NCBI RefSeq assembly: GCF_000150275.1
Contig: NW_002060947.1
Coordinates: forward strand, 2,920,621-2,984,620
DNA: 64,000 bases
Direction of reading: 5' to 3'
Origin: Trichoplax adhaerens
Taxonomy: Eukaryota > Animalia > Placozoa
Positions 13,734-27,034 of the stretch are shown here, one piece after another (positions within the stretch are counted from its first letter, which is position 1; every line of letters begins with the position of its first letter). The position numbers and the translations under genes were made by a program. The notes beneath the pieces were generated by a model. It was not told where the DNA came from, made no database searches, and worked only from the letters and a program-made list of their open reading frames with translations.

Positions 13734-16700
13734 ATGGATGGTAAAGATTTATGTAAAACTCCGTATCCTAATTCTGGTAGCCACGTCGATATGTTCAACT
13801 TAAAACAACCGCGATATCAACCTGGTCATACCAACATAGCCATCAATCGCGGCGAGAGCAATAATGTAGCCAACATAAGTAACTCATCCTTTGCAGCAGG
13901 TAATAGAAATTCATTTAAAGTAATACCACCATTCTAGATAGATAGATAGATGCTTGCTATTAACACTATTTACAAATAGGATAATAATTAATAATAGAAT
14001 ATTATGTTTCAATTGCTAGATAACACTTCCAATTCATCAGTTGGTTATCGACAGGGTACTTTTGTTAGAAATAAAGGAGTCGCATCTGCCTATGAACGAT
14101 TGGGAAATTCAGCTATGGCTAATATGCAGGCACAGCAGCAGCATCATCAGCCACAAATTAATCCTAGCAATAATAGAAATGCGAATACAAATGCTAACTT
14201 AAATGCTTTGGTAAGACATCAAGCACCTAATCAGTATGGAAGTAACGAAAATTTACAAATGGCATCGCATGGCAAGACGACACCGTTACCTTACCGAGTT
14301 CCCGTTCAACAACAACAGCACCAGCAACAATCACAAGCGCAATTAATTAATATGCAACAAGGTCAGCGAGCATACTTGCAACGACACCATCAATCGCATG
14401 ATCCATCTAGTCAACAGTTACAACTTGATGCCGCGTCTCGGACAATAGATCCTCGTAGCCAGCTGCAGTATCAAAATTATTCTTATCAGTCAAACTATAA
14501 TCGAAATATTCCATCGTATCATTCGTCTCATCAACAATTGCAACAAAGACGTAAGACAAATGATACGACTTTAGCTGGAAATGACGGTAATAATGCTAGT
14601 AGTGGTACTGGTGGTAGTTATATGGATAATTCTGGTGGTATTCACACTGGACAATATCGAAACAGGCAAATTGCTTCTGAAACCTCTGTCAATGTTAATC
14701 CTCAGGTATTTATAGAAGATATGGTGATTTTTATCATCCTTTCCTACGTCAAATTATTCACCTGTTTTATCGTACATCTTATACTATCTATTTGATATGA
14801 CTGAATTATAAGTTGAAATTACGCGATATGTCGGGACTCTTATTTGATACAGTATCCTCACGTCTTAATGTACGGTTTAAGATCATACCTTAATGCTTAT
14901 TAGTAATACTAACTAATATACATGTATATCCAATTAGGATGGTTATAATTATAATATTGGTATTCTCTGTTTTAAATGCAACTACTGTATATATACTGCC
15001 CTTGCGATCATATCTAAAAATCATTTCATTAATTCAGAAGTTAGCCCGTATTAAATGTTATTCTATACTGTTTATAAGGCTACGAGTGGAAAGAGTATTT
15101 ACCATCCTTTACATATTTGTGATTAATATCAATTTTCCAGCTTTACAAGTTTTGACAGTAACAGTGTTTCAGTATTTAGTATCATACGTACATAGTATTG
15201 ACAAAAATTACATATAAACATAAGTATCTTTTTACATGATTTGGTATTCATAGTGTCATTTATATCAAATTAGTTAATTTATAATATTTGTATCGTAGTT
15301 ATCTACCTACTTGCATAAACTTGATTCTGTATTCTGTAGTTCCTGGCTTATTCGCAGTAATTGATTTTACCTAGTTCAAAAACATTTCTGATTGATACTA
15401 CTTTCAGTTATGCAGCATATTCTGCATGATCTTTACTTATTAATAGTCTCTATAACCTCGGATTTGAAAGTTTTAAAAGATTGCTTCAGTAGTTCGCTGA
15501 TTAGCAGGTTCTACTTAATTACACAGTATCATCTGTATTAAATAAAATACTCTGGTCGTCATTCTGTAGTATTTATGTTTAGACTATTTCTTTTATTAGC
15601 ATCGTTGATAGATTGTGCTGTAGATTGTTATGATGATTTGCGTTGGTGTTAACTAGTAATTTTGTATTCTTTAGTATCATCAGATAGAATCAAATCAGCC
15701 AGGAAAAGCACAGCAGCAACAGCAACAATCTGCAATGCCTAGCCAACATGTAGCGAGTCCAATCTTATCACCTAACTATGGTAGAAACGATGGTATTAGT
15801 AATATACCCACGAAATCGAATCCAATTCAACAACAATCGTTACAAACTTATGCTATACAAGCACAACAGTTGAAGTTACAAACGCAACAGATAGATAACA
15901 GGTCTATCTTGCAGAGATCGTTGGCACAGTCAGGACCTAAGCAAACCAGCCAACAATCATATTTTCGTCCTAATTATCAGAATACTCACATTTCACAATC
16001 ACAGAGACAACAGGTGATACAAGTTCCTATCACTCGACATTCTACTGGAACTGCGCAAGTGTTACAGCATAAGGTATAAACAAGTACCTTTGCATATTTT
16101 ATTTCCTTCATTATATTAATTACCATATATTATAATTCTTAACTTAAATATTATAGGCTTCATCTGGACTCGGAACCGGAAATAGTATGATCCAGCCTTC
16201 TATGACATCAGTTCTAGAGGGCCAGTCGAGACCAACTAGACACTCACCTGTAAACTCTATGGCAAATTCGAACAATCAAGCTACGGTATTCAAACAACGT
16301 ACACCAGCACTGTTAAACCAATCTTCTGGACCGTCACCTTCTCTAAAACGTAATTAATTAATACAGTACTTACATATTGTAGTCAAATAGTAATATAAAA
16401 ATAAATATAGCGTTAATGATGATAATTAACCGCTTTAATGTTATCGCTAACTGGCTTCACAGACCAGAATACTATGTCCGCGACTGTTACACAACATGAT
16501 GACCAATTAGGTATGGTTTAATTAGCTTATGTAAAGCGTATGATTAAAGTTTTTTACTGTTTAAAAGCGTTTGTGATAAAGATCATCTAGTAATGTAGCG
16601 TAAAATACAATCCTCAAATAATCCTAATCGATGTTTTAGCACTCACTGTTAGTCTTAACAATAAATTAACGAGATGTATTGCATCTGCGCGTTATCAAAA

Positions 16701-19700
16701 AATTTAGCTCGTTCTGATTCATCTCCGTATTTACGTGGAGATGTATCGAGCCGAAGACCTGGGAAGAACGTTCCAGGAAGTTTGAACGTTGGCAATGATT
16801 TGACAGATGCGTCACAATTGGATGATATTCTTAGTGATCTTTTGGATCCACCTATTGGTCTTTCACCAGTAAGCTTAGATAGCGATTGTTAAAGCTTCAG
16901 TTTGATAACGAAATAGGATCAATAGATGTTTTTTAAACCAATTTTGCTTCAAGCATTTGATTGTGCGGTATGGCTATAGTTGATTTAAATGACTTATTTA
17001 AATAGGATAAATTAAATACTGATGACTTTGCTAATTTTAATGTGTTGTAGGTTTCGCAATCTAGTAGAAATACTCCTCGTGCTGTTTCCCCAGTAGGCTA
17101 TGAGAAAGTAAATCAGTGTTAAATGGCCTAAATATAGTTTATTTTAAATTTTTAACCGTGTATTATTTCCATTTTAAAGGTTGATCATTTGTATAAATTA
17201 TACAATAACAAGAAGCAGAAGGCTTTTTTAGATGAGCTTCTTTCATTACGACAAGCCCAAGGTAACTAAAACTGTAAAATATGTATCACTAACTTACATT
17301 TAGAAATGCTGCATAACTTTACTAAATTATCGCGTAAAATCAGGTAATCCAGTTGAAAGAGTTCCAATTATGAACAAGCAATTACTGGATCTATATAACT
17401 TATATAAATATGTGAAGGATCTAGGAGGTTCTACCGAGGTAAATTGTTAACAAAGTTAGCAGTAAGGCAGAATCCCATTGTAAAGTATAGGAACTTCTAA
17501 ATCATTTCTTGTTCATACAGGTAACTGAGAAAAAATTATGGAAAGAAGTTGCTACTAGTATGGGATTTGAAAGTTCAGTTATGATTATTAACGCTCTTTT
17601 TACTCACTACGTACATTACATCCTTCCTTATGAATGCAAAAATGATAAAGATGGTATCGATGTTAAGATAGAGACTGAATATTTACGCGGTATTAAAAAG
17701 AAAAATTATGATGATGAGAACGTCGATCAGAGCACACCTACTCGCAATACGTATTCACCACAAAATAGCAAAGCTACGACGAAATCAAACAAAGAAATCC
17801 TCAATGATAAAGAATTAACGGATACCGTAGTTGATCTTGCTGATTTTGTAAATTCAGACGATTTTGATTTTAATTTTGATCTACCAGATTATATATTATC
17901 ACATGAACATGAAGCATCTAATTCTAGCGAATCTGCGAATGTCTCTAAGCCTCCTAATTCTCGTGCACATGAGTTAAAATCACCAGGTCATAAAGCTGTA
18001 CCATCTTCAAGCCCAGCTGCTAGACCAGCGTATATGTCATCAGCGCCTTGCCCTCAAAGCTATGATAACACTTCGACGAATAATGCGAACTCTTGGAATG
18101 AAAAATCTAGTTTAGAAACATTTAATAATGGCGCTAAAAATCAATTAGGTATTCCGTGATATCTACTTTTGGGTTGTATTAATAGAGATTTGATTATTTC
18201 TAACCATCGTCATCTTTATCTAGTAGCTAATAATCCTAATGCTTACCCGGTCGCGTCGCAAGGTCAAAGGTCTGGACCTGGGGTCGCATTATCGGCTGCA
18301 TCACTAAAGCAGAGTTACTTGAATAACAACAACGATACCAGATCTGAGGTTACGAATCGTTATGTGAGTAACAATTTTATTATTTATCCTATCTGACGAT
18401 TTCTGTAGTCTAGGATAAAGTATATAACCTTTTCGTTATACTTTTGATTATGATATCATGTTTGTTGTTCAATTTACCTTGCTTTGATGATCTTTAAGTG
18501 TATGCGCATACAAGCGATTGTAAATCGTTGCATTTAGTGTTTTAGCGCGGTCGTAAGAATCATAATCTTGCAAATTTCTAATATATATGTAAAGCGCGTA
18601 TGCGAGAAACATTTTTTTAGTACCATAAAGTATCTTCTTACTATAATTGACGCTCTAATAGGCTTTAAGTAGTGAAACCATCATTTGCTGATGTTTAATT
18701 CGTAATGATATAGAATGGATTTTCTCTCAAATTAAAGGAGCAGAACAGAATTACTCAGAAAGCTGTAATTTCAAGGAGTAAAGAAAGTATAATTGTGGAA
18801 AACACAAAAGTCACATTGAGAGAGAGAAGGAAAAAAACTGCTCATGAACTAGGTGAAATACATTGAATTACGTATTATTATGTTGTGCAAGTTTAGCTAT
18901 AATGTTTAGCTTCATACGCCAACTACGTCTACCATATTACTAACTTGAACTTATTGCGGTCTTTATTTTAGGACCCGTAGAAGCATGGCGTTTGCTGATG
19001 TCACTAAAGTCAGGACTATTAATTGAATCGACTTGGGCACTAGATACACTTAACATATTATTAGAAGATAATCAGACAGTGGGATACTTCGATTTGGCAC
19101 GCTTACCAGGGCTATTAGATGCCATTCTTGATCATTACATAACGTCTCTGTCAATAATTTTTAAAAGCGTTAGAGACATAAAATCCAATGATATAAAAGT
19201 TGATCGATTAGTGCAACAAAAGATTGATATTCTCATTCAAAGCGAACTAGAGGAACTTTCTTACATTCAACACTCTTTGTCCAATCTTAACACTCCAAAA
19301 TTGGATAAAATGCTTGTTCTGGAAAATAAGCGCTGTAAACTTTCCAGTTCGTTCTCCGATATCAATATGTCTAATCTAAATGAATCTGATCAAGCTACTC
19401 TATTTCAGGAAATCACTCAAAATGGTGATTTGCTAAAAAATGGGGATACTGAAATGATGGATATAGAGGGAGAAAATGATTTAGCAAATCATTCGCCGGG
19501 CTCTTCCGACAGAGAGAGTATGGTGCAATCTATAGAATATCGCCGTAGTGCTAATTTACAGGAGTGCTGCTTATATACCCAAAGTGAATCTGATGATGAG
19601 GCATCCAGACGCTGCATTTGTATTTCGAATATATTTAGGAGTTTGTCATTTATTGTTGGTAATGATGTTATAATGTGTAAACATTTACGACTATTACACA

Positions 19701-20464
19701 CTTTAAGTCAAATGTTAATGCTGAAAGATAGTAACTCATCGAAATGGTGGTGGAACTGCCTTCAAGTCATAAGACAAAATACTCTTGTTGTTTTTTCCAA
19801 TTTATCTGGTCAACTGGATGTTACCTTGTTACCTGACGATCTCTCAAGACCGATTATAGAAGCACTAATTTACTGGTGTGTTTGTAAGTGCGCTGAGGCA
19901 GTAGATGTGTTTCCACCCTCTGCAAATGCGCCGGGGCTTTCTATGGAAAAGTTGGCTTTAGAGTCATTGGCAAAGATCAGTATTCTGAAAAACAATCAGA
20001 ATACACTATCATCAATAATAAGCCCAGCTCTCGCACAACAGTTGAGTGCATGCTTAGTGGAACTTGTTAGTAATCGCATGCATGTATCAAGTAGAGAATT
20101 TGCTGTAGTTCTCATATCGAATTTTTTTCGATCTGAGAAAGCATTTTGCGAAGAATGTTATTCGAACACGTGTCTATCTTCATTAATTCGTTTTATTGAG
20201 GATCATGTTTCCATTGTCACAGTTCGTTTATCGACAAGAAAAATATCGAACGAGCAGCGAATTGATCATGAACATTTGGGTGGCACAAGCAATTACATAC
20301 TTTGTTGTGCTGCGGAAGCTATAGCTGCGCTTGCTAGATCGATCGAAAATAAAGAACACTTTCTTCCGTACATTGATCGAATATTAAACCTTACTATGTC
20401 CAGGAATTTGGTATCGAAGGTGATCAATATCTTAGCTCAAGCACTGCATGACGGTAGCATGTAA
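13734..20464 (+). CDS. ARID1: ARID1/osa (BAF250) SWI/SNF subunit, multi-exon
   Basis: Q/N-rich N-terminal exons; ARID domain over exons ~17180-17260, ~17344-17438 (PIMNKQLLDLYNLYKYVKDLGG) and 17521+ (VTEKKLWKEVATSMG...YILPYEC); BAF250_C from ~18973 (PVEAWRLLMSLKSGLLIESTWALDTLNILL...RRCICISNIFRSLSFIVGND...WWWNCLQVIRQNTLV). Start ATG at 13734 is tentative. Confidence 0.93.
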
Positions 20465-22542
20465 AATTAAACATCAATGATTATAAAGTAAAGTAGTGTC
20501 TGCCTTGCATTGAGAGTTTATCGTAAGTAGTGAGCATATATATGTGTATACTGTTTAAATATTTAAGTAGTGTTCATGTCTCATTTTACATCAATGGAAT
20601 TGGTGTCTTTGTATTCATTAAATATGTTGGGACGATGTCTTTTGTAACGTTTTATCGTTCAAGTTTGTAATTATGTTTCGAATATTGCCAACAACCATTT
20701 TTCTGAGGTTGTGATCGACGATATTCCTACAAGATGTTATATATTGTAGATACAATGTTAATCTATTATAATTATCAGAAAATTATCAATGTTAATAATA
20801 TTCATAATCTTAAGCCGAACCTACTTAATATTCACTTTCCTGTTATTAAGATAAATATGCTCTATTGTATTATCTGACTGTTAATACGAGCTAATTCTTC
20901 AAAAGTATATGAAGAAACTGTTTTTATTTAAATATCAATTCATAGCCTATACGGTTATCAGGATTTGATTTCTTTGTACATTGCAATAGAGGTCATAGTA
21001 CTGTATTTCAGTAATACGACTTAATTGATACAAATACGATGGCATCGCTGATGATGCTTTTCGTAATCGTTTTAAGTATTAAAATTGAGGCAATTTATAA
21101 TTCATATTTATGACTTTTACCGAACTTATAAATAATTATAATTATTAACAAAAAGAATTTCTGTGATTTACATTATTGTACTGCAGTAAATTTGTGTTGA
21201 TGCTAAATAGTATCATCTACAACTCTACGTGCAAAGTATCACTGTATAGAGTATATTCACATGCAAACTACATATGTACAGTTTAAGATGTTCGTATCTT
21301 ACGGTCTACAGATATACGTACGTAACATATACCGCAGTATTTTTGTTGTTTTTAAATGTTTCAGGGTGTTATTTATGAAATATTACATACAGTACTGTAT
21401 TAAAGTGAACAATCCGTACTAATATTATTATATACATTATTTCAAAGTGAATAAAATATTTACAACCGGTAGCTCAAGTTCCTTGTATTTCTATGAATCA
21501 GGATATATGAGTAAGCTGTGCTACTTGAATAACTTTACTAAGCAAATATAACAACGAAGGTGAACTAATTTTATTGCTTTCAAAAATGTAAGTATATCGA
21601 CGATGTAATTTCGCCGAGAAAAATGACTTGCATCGATTGTACTAGCTAGGTAGGAGCATTTAATAAGGGTTGCAATTCTTAAATAGCATATCGTTTTATT
21701 GCTTGGTGAGGCAACGTTAATAGTTTGTGCAAAGAGTTGTAAGAGCAGGTTGAAAACGTTATAAATTCAGCAGTCCTTGCAATACGAAGAGTTATGCCTC
21801 CTTGATTCCAAGTTAAAAGTATCAATATTGTGTATGCTGCATTTTCGAACAAGTATTGCTCCATATTGTATTGGCATTTCTTATTTATTGATTCAACACA
21901 AAATTGCTCGTACAGTATATAACATTTTCATGAACAGCACATAAACCATAAATAAAAGTTTGATTTGGAACTAAAAAGTAACTTCCAAAATGCATAGTGA
22001 ACACGTGTGTCTACTCTACGTATACTGCATCCACATCAGGTAAACAGCTAAATAAAATTAATACTTTTAAATTGTAAATATATAATATCTATCAAGGCGG
22101 TTGTAGCGAAGTCATAGGTTGCCACAAGAATTGAATCCTTATTTGTAACCGGAAACCTCAGCTGAATGCTTCGCCATTCCTATTTAAAGCAAATCGCAGG
22201 TCTATTATTTAAGCTATCTTCAAGAAGGTAAATCGCAAGATAAAACATTTCAAATTACATCATCGATAAAGTTTATTTATTAACTAATAGTGTAATCGAA
22301 TCCAACAATTATCATTAATTGTATCAAAACATATATAATCATCTACGTTATAAATTTCAAATTAAGGATTAAGGTCCATGAAGCACTAGTAATGTTTTCA
22401 CATTTGTATTGTTTTTAAAGATAGCTACTTTGCTTATTTCAGATGAAATAGCATTGACTAGACTGAATCCAGTTATGAAATATAAAAAAATTGGCATTCA
22501 GATTTTGTATTCATTCCCTGACCTTACTAATACCCAAACGTA

Positions 22543-23365
22543 TTAGACCTTGAAACCATGCTGTCTTAAGCAATCTTTATGCGCCTCTATTAAGTCTTGA
22601 CAGTCTGCTTCACCTTTCTCTATCATGCTGTGTAAAAAATGAAAAAATTGTAACGTCAACGTTTAAGTGCTTTTACAATGATACACGGGTTATCAAGCAT
22701 TGTATCAGCAGTTTCGAGTTTAAAGTAGCGAAATGAAGCCATTAGTAAGCAGTTACAAAACTGATCAATATATAATAATATGCTGATACTATTGTTGATT
22801 ATATGACTTGTAAATAATATTGCATGTACAGCTGGGCTACAGTTTTAGATGCTTGATTTTCGGTAACATGAGGCATATACTGCAAAGCACAATGCTATAT
22901 TTATTGTGTCGTAACTGGGATCGAGAAAACGAGGGCATAGCTGATTAATTTCAGCACAGTATACTAAGGATGATGCTTGTAGAATGCTACATTGAAGAAA
23001 TTGATTGAAAAAAGAAGCTGCAATGACAAGTACAATGCTGAACAATCATGATTTACAGACTACTAAAGAGAAGGCTCCGAAAAAAAGGTAGTCTATAGCG
23101 TAAAGTTAAGCGATGGACTACTGCATACTAGAATATGCAGCTGGACTGCATAGTACCCTAGTAGTACAGTACTGTACATTACGGTATTATGACAAAAGTA
23201 GGATCAAGTCCAATAGATTTACCAACTATTTTTACATATGTATCATATACAAATAGGCTTAAAAGTAGATAAGAATTACCACTGATCCCGAGCTTTTTTA
23301 GTTTCAGGGCAAGCACAACAAGGTCTCAATTTCTTCGGGGTTTCTTTGGATTTTTTGTCGTCCAT
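22543..23365 (-). CDS. COX17: Mitochondrial copper chaperone COX17, 2 exons (23365-23280, 22627-22543), 56 aa
   Basis: Spliced translation [29 protein letters not shown]|[27 protein letters not shown]: CCxC copper site plus twin CX9C; GT-AG intron in phase 2. Confidence 0.97.
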
Positions 23366-23409
23366 AATTTATTAGCAATATTACTAATATGAGAGAGATC
23401 GATAGATCA

Positions 23410-23660
23410 ACTAGTATTACTGTACTGTTCTACTGTACTGTACTGCCGAATGATTGATGGTAATCCCTATCCCGAAAGACTGAATTGCGCATGTACAAAA
23501 AGTTCGACCTTGTGGACCTTTTATCGTACTGTACAATCAGTGTACACTGTACTGTACAGTACAGTATTACGGATTTACAGACCACAGTACTTGTACACTA
23601 CAGTACAGTACTGTATAGTACAGTATACGGAGTACAGTACTATACTGAACAGTGTGTGTC
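23410..23660. repeat. TACTG/TACAG array upstream of COX17
   Basis: tactgtactgttctactgtactgtactg (~23418-23445), tacaatcagtgtacactgtactgtacagtacagta, tacagtacagtactgtatagtacagta. Confidence 0.85.
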
Positions 23661-25837
23661 AAAGTATTTTGTCACCTTGAAAAAGAATCAACCAGTGATC
23701 TTAATAAGTAAATATTGATTAAAAGTTGTTACATTGCATAGCATTTATAGCTTTACTGTATTTTTAATGAAAAATATTGCCCGAAAGTGACAAAATGTTA
23801 TGATACGTACTGTACAATGTCTCTGCCAATTACAATTTCTGTACTGTACTGTACTGTATACCGTCCTGTGATGATTATTAATTAATTATATTATCAAGCT
23901 TATCCTCTCCAGCCAAACGAAGCCTTCCTGGCAATCCGTAAAACAACTCACCACCGGATACACGTTATTATCATACCGTAGGCTCATACACAGTACGGTA
24001 CTTTGCACATTTTACTTACTCATGAGTTAATACTGCCTCACTCGATTACAGTAGGTGTCCGCAGGTCTGGTCCAGTGTTGTTTGGATTCATGACCTCTAA
24101 TGTATTCATGTTAAAAATAATTAAAAATAAAATTAAAAATAAATTAAATTAAAATAATTAAAATGAATCTAAAACATTTCACCACGTTTCATAAAATACC
24201 AATACAGGGTTAGGCCACCTAAAAATGATTCGATTTGCAATTACAGTGCTGCATAATATTTCGACAAGTCCCTGCTCTAGTCTAGTCCACAAAACGGACG
24301 AATTTCAGGCCATTTTTACCATTCACTACAGTGTAGACTGAGAGATTAAATGTACATGCAGTATGTAGTAGGTAAAAGGTAAAACACCACTGGTCTATCA
24401 TTTTACCAGCCTAGCTTCTCAAATGATATTACACGGTCCACCTACTATAAGTGCTGTCATTTGAAGATATTTCAGTGAATAAAATATAATTAATCTAAGA
24501 CGTCAGGTAGAGCAAATCATCGTTTATGTTCTTACTAATGTCCATAAGGAGATTCCTAAGCTATTACTCAATGATTGCTAAGCACGATACAAAGCCAAAG
24601 TATAGCTTCTGCAAATTATCATAAAGAAAAGTTTCAACGATTGCCTTAATGCAATGCTATACAGACGCAAATATTATGCGATAGCATATCACTGAAGGCG
24701 TTGCACTCTACTCATTGATTAATTTAGCGACCATATTAATTTTGCTATAATTACTATGTTTTGATAACGTTCTGAATAATTTAGGCCTGAACTTCAGGGT
24801 ATTTGCTGTATGTAAAGTCGGGATAATGTCGAAGGTTTATAGAAAATGGTACAGTAGCGTACTGTAATTAAAGGAAACAAGAAAAAATTGATGGCTGCAA
24901 TTCCCATTGATCCTAGGTTTTCTTTCACCATATCTTTATGGATCCTAAGCATTTAACAGTGTTGAACAACACTAGTACTTACAGTCATGGATTTATGATA
25001 CTCCAGTTTACTGTACACATCAGCTACATCAGCTTATATCGACTGCTAGAAATTTCTAGTGGTCCATGATACAATAGTATGGCTAAAAGTGTATCATGTG
25101 CATTCCAAACCGTACTGCTGGACTTTATGACTGCTCTTAGTACCGTAATATAAGTTAGCACTCGATATTTGATTGTTTGGTGCATTGAGATTGTACCTTG
25201 ATTGACGCTTTTCGATAAAGACGCAATTTTGTCAGTTATATTATGCTATGCGCGTATTATACAGTTTTCTAGACATATCCTGCACGTCTTTTACTATATA
25301 CTAACGGCATAAAATTTAGTTTAGAAAGTATATTGGATCCTCCGTCACAAGTGATCGATTTAAGGGCGACTGAAATGGTTAAAAGCAGCACTGCTCCTTC
25401 ACCATTTTGCGTAGATTAAATGAAAGATATTTGAAAGTAAAACGCCGTAATTCATTGTTATGAGAGTGGGTGCAATCTAGAACTTTCGTAAATATTTTTT
25501 AGGATATAGTATAAGTAATACTGCAACCGTATCAAATTTCGATATCGCCTCGTTTATTCATTAATTATATATTAACTATCATGTTTTTGTATCATCTATA
25601 TACTTGCTTTTAATAAATGAATGCTGAAATAGAAGAAAAATTTCAAATATGCTATCCATAATTCTTTTGCTAATTAATTGAAAACAATTGGTGTAGTTTG
25701 AAAAAGAGTATATCCTTATGAGATTAACTTTTTCAATATAACGTGGGCTTACGAATATGTATGCATTTACTATTCCTATATGAGAAATTGACAATTGTTT
25801 TTGTCATCGTTGCAATCTAATTCCATTTCATTATCCT

Positions 25838-25857
25838 GTACATGTCTAAACATGTTT
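25838..25857. promoter_or_regulatory. Candidate p53-family response element
   Basis: GTACATGTCT-AAACATGTTT: two RRRCWWGYYY half-sites, no spacer, one mismatch, both CATG cores intact. Confidence 0.35.
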
Positions 25858-26794
25858 CCAGAACTGCATTTGTTGGTAATTGATTAATTGTCATGCCAAT
25901 ATTGTACGATTTATAATAATATCGAAGTTAATATCGAACGATATTTCGAACAGGATATACAAATAGCATATTAGTTAAAGTTATTAATGTATAATAAAAC
26001 AGCTGTGGAAGATCCATATAATACTAAGTAAAGGCATCCTACAAAATTGTAAAATAAATATCATATAGTAGATGATGCATAATTTCTTTAACCCTTAATC
26101 GATCAATCAAATTTACTTGCATTTATAGAAATCATCTGATAATATATCAATTTATTGCTGTAATATTGAATAAAGGCTTAGTTAGAAATCATAATATTCC
26201 CTAGAATCGAGAACGAGATGAGTTTATTGGGTTATATTATGAATTTATTAATATTTCAGCTAAATGGTATGATACAAAGAGTGTAGTATGAATTATGAAT
26301 TACGTGATACTGGTACACCAATCCTAATAACGTATAAGATTTAAAATTATCTACCATGCTCTAAATTTGAATACAGTGCATTTATTGGATGATGAGTGTT
26401 ATTTTAAATACCTAGTTATTTTACTCTAATACACGCTAAATTACGTTTGCTTCTGCAATAAAATTAAATATTCTATGAAGAATACAAACGTTAGGAGTAC
26501 ACTTATACCAAAGTAGAAGTAATTATTATCTATGACATTGATATATGGGTCAAGATAACTTTTTTGATATGATGAAACGGCTGTTATGCGCCAAGCCCAT
26601 ACTGTGCAGCACAGCAGTTATGTATTATGAAATGATAAGTGATAATTGACTTTGATGACCAAATATTTTAGTTAGTAAAGGATTGAAATGAAAGGATTTT
26701 AGCATGATTCAGTGTTGATAGCAGACTAAGAAATCATATTTCCTTATTAGATGATTGTAAGGTTCGCAGTCATGAAACCGTTATTAATCACAAT

Positions 26795-27034
26795 TTATAG
26801 ATGATTTTCACCCAAAAATAAGGCTACAAGGTATCTTCTTACAGCCTTTAGAATTACCATCGAATAGTTAATAACATAATAGTCATCGCCAATTCTTTGC
26901 AAATCTTTCGCAATTTTCTTCAATCGTATATTGTTGTCGATGTTTTCATGTGCTCCATCATCCACAGAATCGGTATAGTAAATATAAGACAGTCTGAAAA
27001 TATCTCTCAATAGCAAGAGTTTATAACCGTGCAT
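26795..27034 (-). CDS. Candidate BH3-only protein (Bim-like); may be the last exon of a longer gene
   Basis: IAKDLQRIGDDY (26914-26879) fits the BH3 consensus; followed by tail SMVILKAVRRYLVALFLG. A tttttag acceptor-like site lies just before the ATG (27036-27037). Confidence 0.6.
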   Translation of the reverse strand: MHGYKLLLLRDIFRLSYIYYTDSVDDGAHENIDNNIRLKKIAKDLQRIGDDYYVINYSMVILKAVRRYLVALFLGENHL

